A stretch of 64,000 nucleotides of DNA from Octopus vulgaris (GCA_951406725.2 OX597815.1:45880001-45944000); one strand, 5' to 3'. Positions 1 through 12,798 are shown, counted from the stretch's first letter. The notes: generated by a model not told the origin, from the letters alone. Numbers and translations: made by a program.

Positions 1-6
1 AAAGGT

Positions 7-47
7 CTTTTACGTTTCGAGCCTACGCTCTTCTACAGAAAGGGACA
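7..47 (-). ncRNA. Minimal type I hammerhead-like motif (Penelope pLTR type, variant core)
   Basis: Minus strand reads gtcccttt-CTGTAGA-A-GAGC-gtag-GCTC-GAAAC-GTA-aaagac: stem II GAGC/GCTC, GAAA box, palindromic ACGT stem III, short stem I cttt/aaag. Core has A6 changed to U. Confidence 0.45.
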
Positions 48-134
48 CAGAAAAAACAAGGAGAGAAACAAGGAGAGAAAAAAAAGGAGAGAAAAAAGGA
101 GTGAAAAAAACAAGGAGAGAAATATATATATATA

Positions 135-171
<37 letters not shown>

Positions 172-199
172 ATATATACGTACACAGAGGCACATATAT

Positions 200-410
200 G
201 ATCATCGTGGATTCGATTCACAATCTGGGCGTTGCTCTGCGATCATTTCGTCATCTGACATGTGGCACACGGTGTACCTATACAGGTAATGTCGATTTGA
301 TGCGAGCTTATGTGTACACAAACACTTGATCACTATAAACAAATAATCTGTGTGGTTGTTCGCCAAGAAATTGCTGAACCCTCATACACCATCTAACGAC
401 GAGAGAGTCC
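200..410 (+). mobile_element. tRNA-derived SINE, family D (5'-truncated)
   Basis: Box B-like GGATTCGATTC, then a body shared with 18590-18818 and 26450-26742 (ctgcgatcatttcgtcatctgacatgtggcac...ttgatcact). Confidence 0.7.
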
Positions 411-413
411 ATG

Positions 414-444
<31 letters not shown>

Positions 445-566
445 TGTATGTATGTATGTATGTATGTATGTTTTATGTATGTATTCTCATGCATATAGTT
501 GCATATCTAGACATGCTCATATATATTTAAATGATAAACTTCTGGAAAGTCTTACAGATTTTTACA

Positions 567-668
567 GTTCCAGTGGTGAATTGGATCTGTAGTCTTCGAC
601 TTAACTTTCCGCTTCCTGGTTTTGAGAAGCCTAATTTCTCAAGATTGGTATTTAGGCAGTGTATATGC

Positions 669-739
<71 letters not shown>

Positions 740-1237
740 TACATATGTATATATATATACTTTATTAAAAAGCACCAAAAATATCACAAAAACTGTTAGA
801 GTTTCACGTTTCCGTTCGTCGTACAGTTTTGTTTTGAAAAGTATATATATATCTCTCTCTATATAAACGGCAGTTTGTCTGTGTGTGTTTCTGTGTGTCT
901 GTTTTCTCGTACCCTCACCCTGACCACGGCTTTCAACCGATTCTGATGAAACTTGACACACACATAGCCCAATGTCATAATTCAAAACTAACGCAGCGAA
1001 AATTTTGAAAAGTTCCCCCAGTTCTGAAAAAAAATCGATAAATTCGACATGGAGTCGAGAATCAGAAACACAAACCACAGACTGTCTAGGGGACGCAACT
1101 CGACCTTTTTTAACTCTCAAAAAAAAATTTACCATAATTTTTTTCCATTTTTTTGCTATTTTTTGGCTATAACTCTCTAAAAATGCTTTATAGTTATTTC
1201 CCTTACAAACCTGAGCAACGCCGGGCGATACTGCTAG

Positions 1238-1321
<84 letters not shown>

Positions 1322-1743
1322 CATATCCATATACATACATACATACATACATACATACATACATACATACATACATACATACATACATACATACATAATT
1401 GCCTGTTTAGACATTCTCATATATACTTAAATGATAAACTTCTGCAAAGTTTTGTAAGATGGCTTGGATCTGTAGTCTTGGAATCAGCTTTCTCTTTTCT
1501 GGTTTTGAGAAGCCTAATTTCTCAAGATTGGTACTTAGGCACTGTGTTACAGTATGTATGTATGTATGTATGTATGTATGTATGTATGTATGTATGTATG
1601 TATGAATGTATGTATGTATGTATGTATGTATGTATGTATGTATGTATGTATATATATATACACTTTTCTAAACAAAACTGTACGACGAACGGAAACGTGA
1701 AACACTAACAGTTTCTGTGATATTTTTGCTGCTTTTTAATAAA

Positions 1744-1781
<38 letters not shown>

Positions 1782-1897
1782 GTACATGCATACATGCATA
1801 TACACTGCCTAAATACCAATCTTGAGAAATTAGGCTTCTCAAAACCATGAAGCGGAAAGTTAAGTCGAAGACTACAGATCCAATTCATCACTGCAAC
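567..1897. repeat. Local inverted duplication of a two-module repeat block (567-845 vs 1658-1897), plus a further direct copy of module 1 at ~1400-1525
   Basis: 1661-1745 is the reverse complement of ~760-843, and 1801-1897 is the reverse complement of 567-662. The modules are separated by (TA)n in both arms. Confidence 0.85.
852..1237 (+). mobile_element. Non-autonomous Helitron (Lep1-like architecture)
   Basis: Starts A|TC(tc)tatataaa, has a gtctgtgt microsatellite and the ccgattctgatgaaactt motif, then a 3' GC-rich hairpin cctgagcaacgccggg and CTAG|T. Inserted in an AT run with no TSD. Confidence 0.75.
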
Positions 1898-1932
1898 GGC
1901 GACCTCGGTGGAATTTACTGCAACAAGTAATG

Positions 1933-1984
<52 letters not shown>

Positions 1985-2032
1985 CAAAATAAGAAAATGG
2001 AGAAATACATCTAAATCAAATATCAGTATATA

Positions 2033-2068
<36 letters not shown>

Positions 2069-2390
2069 TGTATGTATGTATGTATGTATGTATGTATGTA
2101 TGTATGTATGTATGTATGTATGTATGTATGTATGTATATATGTATATATGTACAAACACATGGATGCACACAAACTTACACACACACACGCACACACACA
2201 CACACGCGCGCGCACACACACACACAGACACACGAACGCAAGCATGCACTCCCTAGAATACCTATCGTCAAAAGTGATAGTTTCGTTAATGGTCGAGAAT
2301 GGCGCATCTATTCAAACAATAGGAACAAGCTTAATACGTGTTTGTTGAATGTTGGATTCGCTATTATGCCAGAGAGAGAGTGAGAGAGAA

Positions 2391-2461
<71 letters not shown>

Positions 2462-3103
2462 GGGAGACTCTATGTACTTCTGGGAAGAGAATCAGTTCTC
2501 TTATTTTTTAGCTTTCTCTCGGTTGAATAAAAAAGAGAAGAGCAATATATTAATATTAATATACATTAATACTACCAGAATATCAGTGCATAGTCCTATA
2601 TTTTTATCGAATGATTTTACATTTTATATTCATATTTAACTGGAAAATATTTTAATCATTCTTAAATGTGATGCTTTTTACATCTACGAAGTCTTGACAT
2701 AACTACAATTTGGTGCCCCTTCCCTCCCACAAACCAACCTTGTTTCGTCATAATCCTCTCTAAAGTGCATATTTTAAAAGTGAATTTTGCAGATTGTGTT
2801 ATGTTGATGTGTGTGTGTGTGTGTATGTGTTGTTGTTAGGTGTGTGTGTACGTACGTGTGTGTATGTATGTATATACGTATGCGTACATATGTATGAATG
2901 TTTATGTATGTATGTGGTTTGCAAACGATGTCCTTCAAGGTATTTGCTTTGCCTTGAATTAAGACACATACTTGCCATTCTCGCTGTCTGAAACATTGCG
3001 AATCAGTGATTGGCCCGTGGGAAACCAGAAAACAACGTTATTGTTCTCATCATGTGATATGGAAACGAATGTGTTTATATGGTATCAGTTTTGTGCTTTA
3101 TAG

Positions 3104-3421
3104 CAGTAGTTCTCAATCATTTTTTAACTATGGACTCCTTTGATTACTATTTTACTCCGGTGGACACCCATAGCCATTCAAATTCTTATTTTGTCCTTTA
3201 TACTTTCATTTGCATACACTAACAAGAACCATGTAGAACTATGTTAAGCGTTGGAGATAGAAATCTAGCCGTTTCTTGCAATAAGTACATCTAAAGCAAA
3301 AGTTTTTCATAGACCCTTAAAATAAGACTATGGATCCTCATATTACTATTTTGCTTGCGTGGACTCCCTAAAATCTTATATGAATCCCAGGGGCCATATG
3401 GACCTTTGTTAAGAACCACTG
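3104..3421. mobile_element. hAT (Charlie-like) MITE
   Basis: TIRs cagtagttctcaa / ttaagaaccactg, flanked by imperfect 8-bp repeats ctttatag / cttaacag. Confidence 0.7.
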
Positions 3422-4351
3422 CTTAACAGTGCCACCGATCTAATTTTCTATCCCATCTTCACTCAACCATATCACTGCTGTTGCTGTTGCTTAGACCTAC
3501 GTTAGCTTTGATCGAACAGGCTTATCGTTAGAGGCATTAATTCTACCCACAACCGTTCCACTTTTTCCGCTAGATGTACTGTATCTAGAACTACATCAAC
3601 CAACGTGTTTCTTTTATAAACTTACCTATAGTTATATAAGTTTGTATTTCAAAAATCTATTTAATACACGTTTATATTCAAAACCAAATAATAATACATA
3701 ATTATACTCTTCTTTTTCTGATATTTACACACGATTTTATACGCATGCGCGCGTGCACACACACACACACACATGTGGCTTTTTGTCAGTAAAATCATCT
3801 ATAGGTTTCCGTGCCAGGGGTCTATTACGTTGTTAAGACGGCCTTGACTTGACTGTTCCACTTTTTAAAAAAATCCTAGTCTCATTTGAGATATTTGACA
3901 ATGTATTATAACAAATATTTCAGCATAATTAAAATTTCAAATTTTCCGATAAATACTGTGTAGTGCGTCATTAATTAATTAATTGATTAATTAATTCATT
4001 CATTACGTTTTCAGCGAATGCACTTATATGCAAGGAAGGGTATATCTATCTTAGTTGACGTTCGGATTGTGCCTGATATAAATAACTATAAGCTATCAAC
4101 CACTCGGTGGGCAGATAAAATGAGTACTTGTTATCCGATGAGTCTCGGACATTGTCTCTTGGTATTAACACTGCTTCTGTCGTTATTAATTATTTCTTAA
4201 TAAGCCCACTGGTTATTTAAGACATCAACACCTGAAGAGATACTGCAATTTTGTATGTCGTAGAGTAAGATTCGGCTGTTATGTCGCTGCCGGAAGTCTT
4301 CAACCGAGGAGCCCAAAACAAGGCGAAATCAAGTGCTCTGGCAGTTACGGT

Positions 4352-4597
4352 GGACAAGATGCCGAAAAGATATCCGAAAACTAGAATACATAATGATCAT
4401 TTTATTTCTACAATATGAACATTTGACAATCTAAAATGCTCATTAAACTATGTAGGTGGGAATGCTTTCTTTTATATTATTGTGTCAGTTCGGCTTTATG
4501 TCCGTTCGGCATTATATCCGTTCGGCCTTATATCCGTTCGGCATTGTGTCCGTTCGACTTCTTGTCCTTCGGCAAGAGTGCATTCGGCATCCTGTCT
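4352..4597. mobile_element. MITE-like element with a 16-bp subterminal tandem array
   Basis: Ends ggacaagatgccgaa / ttcggcatcctgtct are inverted. About 7 units of ttcggcattatatccg lie at 4489-4597. Confidence 0.55.
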
Positions 4598-5048
4598 GCG
4601 CATGAAATCAGGTACTCTGGCAGTTATGGTTCTCGTTTGTCAATGATATAAATAAAAATGCTTTTATCTACCGTTTTATCTCTAACAAAACGTTCACGCA
4701 AACTTGGGCATAAAGATTGCCTTTTGCTATAAATATTGCTGCTAACACTATTACTCATTTTCAAGACACCTACTGGCTATTCGTACCTGAAATGGTACTG
4801 AAGTTCTATATATCATTGTCAGTAAGATTCGGTTGTTATGTCGCTTCTGGTCGTCTGCAAAGGACATCACTAATCATGTAAATCCCAATTTAATTTTTCT
4901 ACTTAGGGAAAAATATTATTTGTTTATATTTGTTAACTCTTTAATTGCAAAATTAAATTTCATGGTTACTCCAGTAAGGACGTTAAATATCTACTAAAAA
5001 AATATAGAATTGGTATTTTCTGCTAGATACGTTGCCTAAGACATATTT

Positions 5049-5472
5049 GGCGTGGCTGTGTGGTAAGACATTTGCTTCCCAACCACGAAGTTAAAGACCC
5101 AATCATACTTCGAGGAACTTTGGGCAAGTGTCTTTTATTACAACCCAGGACTGACCAGTGCCTTGCAAGTGGATTTGTTAGACGGAAACTGAAAGAAGTC
5201 CGTCGTATGTACATATATATATATATCTGTGTGTGTGTGTGTGTGTGTGTGTGGGTAGGTGGGTGGGTGTTTATGTTTGTGTTTGTCCCCATCACCGCTT
5301 AACCACCGGTGTTGGTTTGTTTATGTTCCCGTAACTTAGTACCTAGGCAGAACGAGGGCGATAGAATAAGTACCAAGTTTTAAAATGAGAACTGGGGGAT
5401 GATTTGATCGACTAAGTCCTCGAAGGCGGTGCCCCAGCATGGCTGCAGTCCAATGACTGAAACAAGTAAAAA
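5049..5472 (+). mobile_element. tRNA-derived SINE, family A
   Basis: Head ggcgtggctgtgtggtaag, CORE-like ttgggcaagtgtctt, internal (TA)/(GT) microsatellite, 3' end gactgaaacaagtaaaa. Matches 15276, 23266 and 37361 copies. Confidence 0.8.
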
Positions 5473-6149
5473 ATACGACATTCTTTAACAAAAGAAAGAT
5501 TGGTATATAAAACTACTTTCCCCAGTTAAGGGTAGTGAAATTTTGAGTGGATGTATCTGATTTTCCCAGTAAAAGGGTTAAAAAACAGGAAAAGACACAG
5601 CGAGGCTAAAATTGTATGTATATGTTATCTACAATTCAGATTACATGAATGTGCTTTAATTTCTGAAATAGAAACAGCGAAGCAGAAAGCCGCTGCGTGA
5701 GTGTGTAAATGTGTGTTGGTTTTATTTTATTGTGGCCATGAACTAGCTTAGCAAAATCCTCATGTTTGGCCTGATTTCACAAAAAACCCTTCATCACCCC
5801 TGTACCACACTCTATCCGGTCACTGGTAGAAGGACACGTGATAGTTCTTTGTCACTTCAACGTAAATCAATGACAGATTTTTTAACATTTTTGGAAGGCT
5901 AAACTTAGTTGGTGTATGTATATGTATAAGTGTGAATGTATTTGCTGTACACGTGTACTGGTGTTTGTATGTTTTATGTGCCTATTTATTCTTGCTAGTA
6001 TAAACATGTATGTATGTATGTATGTATGTAAGCATGCATGCTAATTTGCATGCGTAATTTTGGAACGTGTGAGAACTTGTTTGAAAGTGTATGTACATGT
6101 ACGTATGTATGTGTGTGCGTGCGTGTGTGTGTGTGTATTTATATATCTT

Positions 6150-6401
6150 TTATCTTTTATCTTTGTTTCAGTCATTGGCCTGCGGCCATGCTGGGGCACA
6201 GCCTTGAATTTTTAGTCGAATGAATCGACCCCAGTACTTATTTTTAAGCTTGACACTTATTCTATCGGTCTCTTTTGCCGAACCGCTAGATGATGGGAAC
6301 GTAAACACACCAACACCGGTTGTCAAGTGGTGATAGGGGACAAGCAGACACACACACGCAAACACACACGTATACATACGAGGGGCTTCCTTCAGGTTCC
6401 G

Positions 6402-6403
<2 letters not shown>
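6150..6403 (-). mobile_element. SINE family A, 3' half
   Basis: Reverse complement of the family A 3' part (tgtttcagtcatt...gcggccatgctgg...tattctatcggtctcttttgccgaaccgcta). Confidence 0.8.
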
Positions 6404-6455
<52 letters not shown>

Positions 6456-7148
6456 GTGTGTGTGTGTGTGTGTAAAGTTATAGTTCGGGTGTAATACCTA
6501 CAGATTTCGTTGGGCAATTGACTTCTATTACTGTGCTACTGGGACAAATGTTATGGCCGCTGCATCATAGCACATTGATAGAAAGCTGCTAGATAACATT
6601 TTTGAGCAGCTGTTTACGATGTTTATTTTTCAATATCCGAATCAATTATCACATCTGGGTGTTTCACCTTCATCCCTATCCTGTTGTGTATCAGGTATTT
6701 TGTTATTTCTTGTTCGCGGCTTGCAAGAGCGTATCCTTGAAAGTAAGAGTCAATATACGGGTTAATGTATGCTATAATGTCTGAAAGTATATATGTACGG
6801 ATGTATGCGTTTATGTGTTTGTATGAGTACGTATGTATAAATACAAATATATATGTATTTGTGTGTGTATGTATGTATAAATGCGTGTGTACGAGAGGGT
6901 ATAATTATAGAGCAGCTAGTGAATCTAACGGGTTTATTTGAGTTGGCAAAATTGCGGGTTATCGATTTTCTAGCCAGAAAATTTCATGCACGGTGACAAA
7001 TCAACCTTGAGACATTTTTGACAAACGACTTAAAGCAGTAAATACTTTTTTGGCGGACATTTTCTATGTGCGCTAAGATTAGATGCCAGGGGTATTTTTA
7101 GTAAGGGAGAGGAAAGGAGACATAAAGAAAACGAGCATCAGAAAAAGA

Positions 7149-7208
<60 letters not shown>

Positions 7209-8939
7209 CAATGTGAAGTGAAAGAAAAGATTAGAGTGACTGTATCAACTGCCTTGAGATCAGAATAAACAGAAAAGATAGTAAAGGGAGTGTTGCACAG
7301 TTTTTTTTATAGTTTATTTTCTTTAAAATATTTAAGTCGAGCTTTGTTGAGACTAAAATAAGACAAATTTAGCCTTGAATAAATCACCCGAGGTTAAAAT
7401 ATATCTATCAACACATTCCTTTTGTTCAAAGGTTTTCTGTTCAAGGTTCTGGTGAATCAAAGACAAAAAGAATCACTAGAAATACCGGGAAAGGTGTGAT
7501 TACCAAATTAGAATATTGTTTTCGCTGTAGAATCAAAGGAAGAATTAAACATAAAATTAGGCGAAGAAAAAATAAACACCTGGCTATTTCCCAGCCCGTA
7601 TTGGAAACAATCATTCTTTTAATCTTTTAGTTGAGCCATATACTTCTTTAGGTAGGATGAAGTACTCTTTTATTTTCTATATTAAGAAATACGAGTTTCT
7701 GTACGTGTATCCGCATGGCTTTTGGGGTTATAGACTCAGCTCTCTAGGGGTCTACCCTCACAAATGGTATATATTTGCAACTAGGATACTACCAAGTGTG
7801 TTTCTATTCTACTTAGTCCATCAGTCTGCGGTGTAAAATTCAGACAAGCCTATAACGCCTTTAGTTCTTTCTTACAACCAGCAAAATGTGGACGGTGTAA
7901 CAAACGAGAAGGAATAGAAGTATAGAGAGTAAAAAAGCTGAATATTGGTTGAGGAATTATATTTAATCTATTCAGAAATTGTATGATAAATTATGAAAAT
8001 AATTAACAGTTTTGCTGTGCTTTTAACATTTATATATGTTTCAGTAATAAAGGAGTCTCCTTTTTGGTTTTAGAAAAGATGCTTCTGAGTAACAATTTTG
8101 TTATTGATTAAACCCTTTTCTTCCATGCGAAATATATGAAACATGAAGTAATAGTCAGTTTCTCTATTTTTGAGTTCATTATTCAAGAAGAAACAGGTCT
8201 TTTATTTCATGAACCAACTGAATTATTCTTTCAAATATTTTTAAGAGTCAAATTAGAATTTGCAAGCAGTAAAATTGTATATATTTTTCATTGAAACGAC
8301 ATTAAAGTTGTACAGATCAATATCAAAGAAATAGAAAAGTGGCAAACAGGATCAGAAACGATATATTTTAAAAATATAAAAAGACCCCATTCCTCCCGGC
8401 ATAGTGAAAAATCTGTGGATTCCAACAAAAAGGTGAGAAAAGAGCCAGTGAAGCTTTTGCTCGATATGATCAGGTGATGATTTAAACCGGCCATATTTGG
8501 CCCAAATAGTCTACACGGTTTATGTTCATGATAACCAGACCCAAACTCTCACACCTAACCATACAATGTTATCCTAAAAATAAACAATCACGTCATCAAA
8601 ATCGCAAAGCTACGAAATAATTAATTCAAAACGATGGTTAATTCAAAACGATGTAAATAAATAAGCATTATATTTGAGAGTAATCTGAATGCTATAGGGT
8701 TAAATTAGATAACTCATTAAAAATCAGTTGTATTGAAGCCGCAAAAGATCAGGTGAAGTTTTGACTCGATAAATTTTCGCATGATAAAATGTATTTATGC
8801 GAGTAAAAAAATTGATTTTATCTCATATATTCTTTTTTATTGTTTTTTTCAAATTTTTAAATATTTTTTCAATTTTAACGAGGTTGTCGGACAGAGAAAT
8901 TAGCAGAGATGATGACCTTTGACTTGACACCATTGTGCA

Positions 8940-9116
8940 GGGTAGGGGACTAGTCGATTACATCGACCCCAGTGCTTAACTGGTATTTATTTTTCCGACA
9001 CCAACAGGATAATAAGGTAAAGTGGACTCGGCAGACTCTGAACTCAGAACGTAAAGACGAAATACTGTAAAACATTTTGTCCAGCGTGCTAAGGGTTTTA
9101 CCAGGACGCTGCTCTA
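8940..9116 (-). mobile_element. SINE family B (Deu/Nin-like central domain)
   Basis: gtcgattacatcgaccccagtg...gaactcagaacgt is the reverse complement of the family B body. Confidence 0.75.
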
Positions 9117-9200
<84 letters not shown>

Positions 9201-9209
9201 AATAATATA

Positions 9210-9252
<43 letters not shown>

Positions 9253-9940
9253 GGAGTGAAAATCAAGACAATATCTTCATTGGATAATGTGTCGGCATTA
9301 TAAAATCAAAACTGCTGACAAATGGTACGAGCACCACCCTGAGGCTATAACTGAGGGAGAAAATGCAATGATTCTTTGGGACTTTCCAATATGTACAGAC
9401 CGGACCATCAAAGAAAATAAACCAGATTTTGCTGTGAAAGACCAAAACAATAAAGTCCATTTCTTGATTGACACGAGCATACCTTGTGACCATAATATCT
9501 CGGCAAAAGACTTTGTTAAACTCAGAAAATTTAAAGATTTGCTAATCGAAATCGAAAGGATGTGGCATCTCAAGACACTTACAATACCAGTGATTTTAGG
9601 AGCACTTGGAATGATAAAAAAAGGAACTGAAAATTATTTAAGAATGATCCCTGGCTTAACATCCATACAGGAAATGCAAAAGATTGTCTTAACTGGTACG
9701 TCACACGCATTGAGAAGAGTATTGTTGCTGCGAATTTTCTTCCCTTCCCCTCTTTATTTTTTATGTTTTCCTTTTTCTCTCTGTCTTCCCTCTTTCTCTA
9801 TCACATGACTTTGTAAATTAACAATCTTCGGGTGTTTATTTTAATGACCTACTAATGTATACACAGCGTTTCTCTGCCCTAGGTGTCACGAAGACACTCG
9901 GCAAGAAATGGAAACAGAATAGAAAGAAAAGGATAATGAA
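9253..9940 (+). mobile_element. 5'-truncated R4/Dong-clade non-LTR retrotransposon: C-terminal restriction-like endonuclease region and 3' UTR
   Basis: ORF 9287-9808 reads HWIMCRHY..KWYEHHPE..ILWDFPI.TDRTIKENKPD....IDTSIP..K..KFKDL.IEI.RMW..IPVILGALG..QKIVL.GT.H.LRRVL, the PD..D RLE signature. Flanked on both sides by (TAA)n. Confidence 0.88.
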
Positions 9941-10037
<97 letters not shown>

Positions 10038-10039
10038 AT

Positions 10040-10253
10040 GATCCTTTCTACTAAAGACACAAGGCCTGAAATTTGGAGGAAGGGGACTATTCGATTACAT
10101 CGACCCCAGTGCGTAACTGGTACTTAATTTATTGACCCCGAAAGGATGAAAGGCAAAGAGGAACTCGGCGGAATTTGAACTCAGAATGTAGCGACGAGCG
10201 AAATACCGCTGAGCATTTCGCCAGCGTGCCAAAGGTTCCGCCAGCTCGCTGCC

Positions 10254-10306
<53 letters not shown>

Positions 10307-10515
10307 CTTTTCTACTATAGGCACAAGGTCTGAAATTTGTGGAGACAAGACGATTACATCGATCCCAGTGTTTTACTGGTACTTAACTTATAGACTCCGA
10401 AAGGATAAAAGACAAAATCGACCTCGGCGGAATTTGAACTCAGAAGGTGAAGACAGACGAAATACACCTAAACATTTCGCCCGGCGTGCTAACGATTCTC
10501 CCAGCTCACCGCTTC
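10040..10515 (-). mobile_element. Two SINE family B copies separated by (TAA)n
   Basis: Two reverse-complement family B bodies (10040-10256 and 10305-10515) ending in ccagctcg/accgcctt heads. Confidence 0.8.
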
Positions 10516-10524
10516 AATAATAGT

Positions 10525-10623
<99 letters not shown>

Positions 10624-10649
10624 CGACGACGACGACGACGACGACGACG

Positions 10650-10680
<31 letters not shown>
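10515..10680. repeat. Compound trinucleotide microsatellite (TAA)(CAT)n(CAA)n(CGA)n(CAA)n
   Basis: Directly visible. Confidence 0.95.
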
Positions 10681-11499
10681 GAGCACTCAGAGAGCGCAAA
10701 CATCTGCCAAGGCAGCACCAACGTCCTCTCAACAATTAGCCAGAGATGATTTTTAAAATGAGAATATCTGAAATAAACTCGACTGCTCTCACAAACGAGA
10801 ATTCTAACAATGAATTTGACCGCTCTCAAAACTTAAGTAAAAAACCCGGAAAAATAATCCAGAATCCTTGTCCGGTACCTGATCAATCCCAGTGGTAGTC
10901 ATGGAATGTGAAGGTGGCTGTAGAAAGTTCAGTAACAGTCATAAATAGTTTATTCTTATCTAATACAAGCCAAAGTTAACAAATTCACCATTCAAAATAC
11001 TTTCAAAGGCGGAGGTAATAATAAGTTCTACTCAGGAATTTTTAAATGAATAGCATGAGACCTTTTGGTTTTCTCTTCATTTAAATTCCGGCCTTCCTTT
11101 AATATTCCTGTTGTATTAGATCGATGTATAGATGTATGTATATATGTAAGTATACTGTAAAGTGTTAATATGCATGAATAATATATTATATATGGTAAAA
11201 ATATGTTAATGTTATTTAATTTCTGAATGGTTTTGCTGCTGTTTGCTTATGTAGGTTGATTTCTTTATCCATTAGTTTCTACTAAGATAGAGACGTGAGT
11301 AAAATTAATAATAAAGAAACGAAAATAAAACTTTGGAAACAGCCTAAAGGGAGATAATTGAGAAAGACTTGAAAGTCAACGTAAGATCGTAATCATGTAA
11401 AGTAAATATAACCAATCATAGGGACTCTAGCCAATCATAGGGACTCCAGTGTTTAACTGGTACTTAATTTATCGACCCCGAGGCAAATAATGTAGTTAA

Positions 11500-12350
11500 C
11501 CAAAACAAAGAAACGTAGAGATCACAAGAGAAAAAGTTGAAAAATGTCTTGAAAAGGATGTCAAACTGGATATATCCTGGACCAGATTTGGTCCGGGGAT
11601 TTTGGCTAAAAGTTTTCACCTCAATTCACGACAGAATGTTGTACTGACATAGGTGCTGTTCCCGAATGGATGACGAAAGGCAGGGTGGTGTTGAGAGTGA
11701 AAGACCAAAAGGAAGGAAATATAACAAGTAACTATCGACAAATTGCTTATCTTCAACTGATGTGGAAGTTGTTGATAGTTGTTATTGCAAAGGATATGTA
11801 TAGATATCTTGAGGAGGGTGGTCTACTGCCAGAAGAGCAAAAATGGTTTAGAAAAGGTTCCAGAAGGACAAACGACCTATTAAATATAGATCAACATGCC
11901 TTCCGAGAAGTCAAAAGCAGAAAGAAAAACTTAGCAACAACATGGATTGATTACCATATTGTAGTGTGCTACACTCATGGACCTAAGAATGTCTCACTAT
12001 ATTTGGGACGATAATGTTATTCGGCTCTTACAAACCAGTATGCTAAAATGGAAAACTGTACTAACATCTAGTCAAGATGAGTTGACTGAAGTCAGCATAA
12101 GTAGAGGAATATTCTCGTGGTTAGTCTCATCCTTCTTAGACTGGCATTGAGAGAGACTAACTCATGCAACACATTTAGCAGTGCTGAGAAAATAAACTAT
12201 CCCCTGTTCATGGACGGCCTGGAATTATTTGCCAAATGTGAGGAAGAACTAGATTCATTTGTTGAGACTTAGAGTTGCGAGTGACGACATTGGTATGAAG
12301 TTTGGAATTGATAAGTGTGCGATGCTAGTAATAAAGAGAGGAAACTCAGC
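11500..12350 (+). pseudogene. Decayed reverse transcriptase of an R4/Dong-like non-LTR retrotransposon
   Basis: Frameshifted blocks KRMSNWIYPGPDLVRGFWLK, VPEWMTKGRVVL..K...SNYRQI..L.LMWKLL, LPEEQK.FRKGSR.TNDLL.ID, WIDY, LFMDGL.LFAK (YxDD equivalent) and IGMKFGIDKCA. Confidence 0.85.
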
Positions 12351-12425
12351 AAATTTAGAAAAAAATTGAGATTTATTGTCCCGATAATAGCATCTAATAG
12401 CTATATACTACTACTACAACTACTA

Positions 12426-12642
12426 ATGGTTTCAAATTTTGCCACAAGGGCAGCAGTCTTGGGGGGAGGGGATGAGTCGATTACATCAACCCCAGTGTTC
12501 AACTGATACTTATTTTATCGACCCCGAAAGGATGAAAGGCAAAGTCGACCGCAGCGGATTTTGAACTCAGAACGTAGTGACGAGCGAAATACCGCTTAGC
12601 ATTTCATCCAGAGCACTAACGATTTTGCCAGCTCGCCGCCTT
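12426..12642 (-). mobile_element. SINE family B
   Basis: Full reverse-complement copy ending gccagctcgccgcct. Confidence 0.85.
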
Positions 12643-12644
12643 TA

Positions 12645-12709
<65 letters not shown>

Positions 12710-12720
12710 TGATGATGATG

Positions 12721-12794
<74 letters not shown>

Positions 12795-12798
12795 CATT

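Noticed and set aside
527-1420. 297-aa ORF, the longest in the track
   Set aside because: Stop-free only because it runs through (TA)n/(TACA)n and the reverse strand of a Helitron; no protein signal.
7568-7615. Minus-strand TGWE resembling the protease xGWG motif
   Set aside because: No surrounding similarity or convincing splice sites.
10447-10829. Poly-H/Q/R, poly-L and poly-C ORFs
   Set aside because: Translations of a trinucleotide microsatellite.
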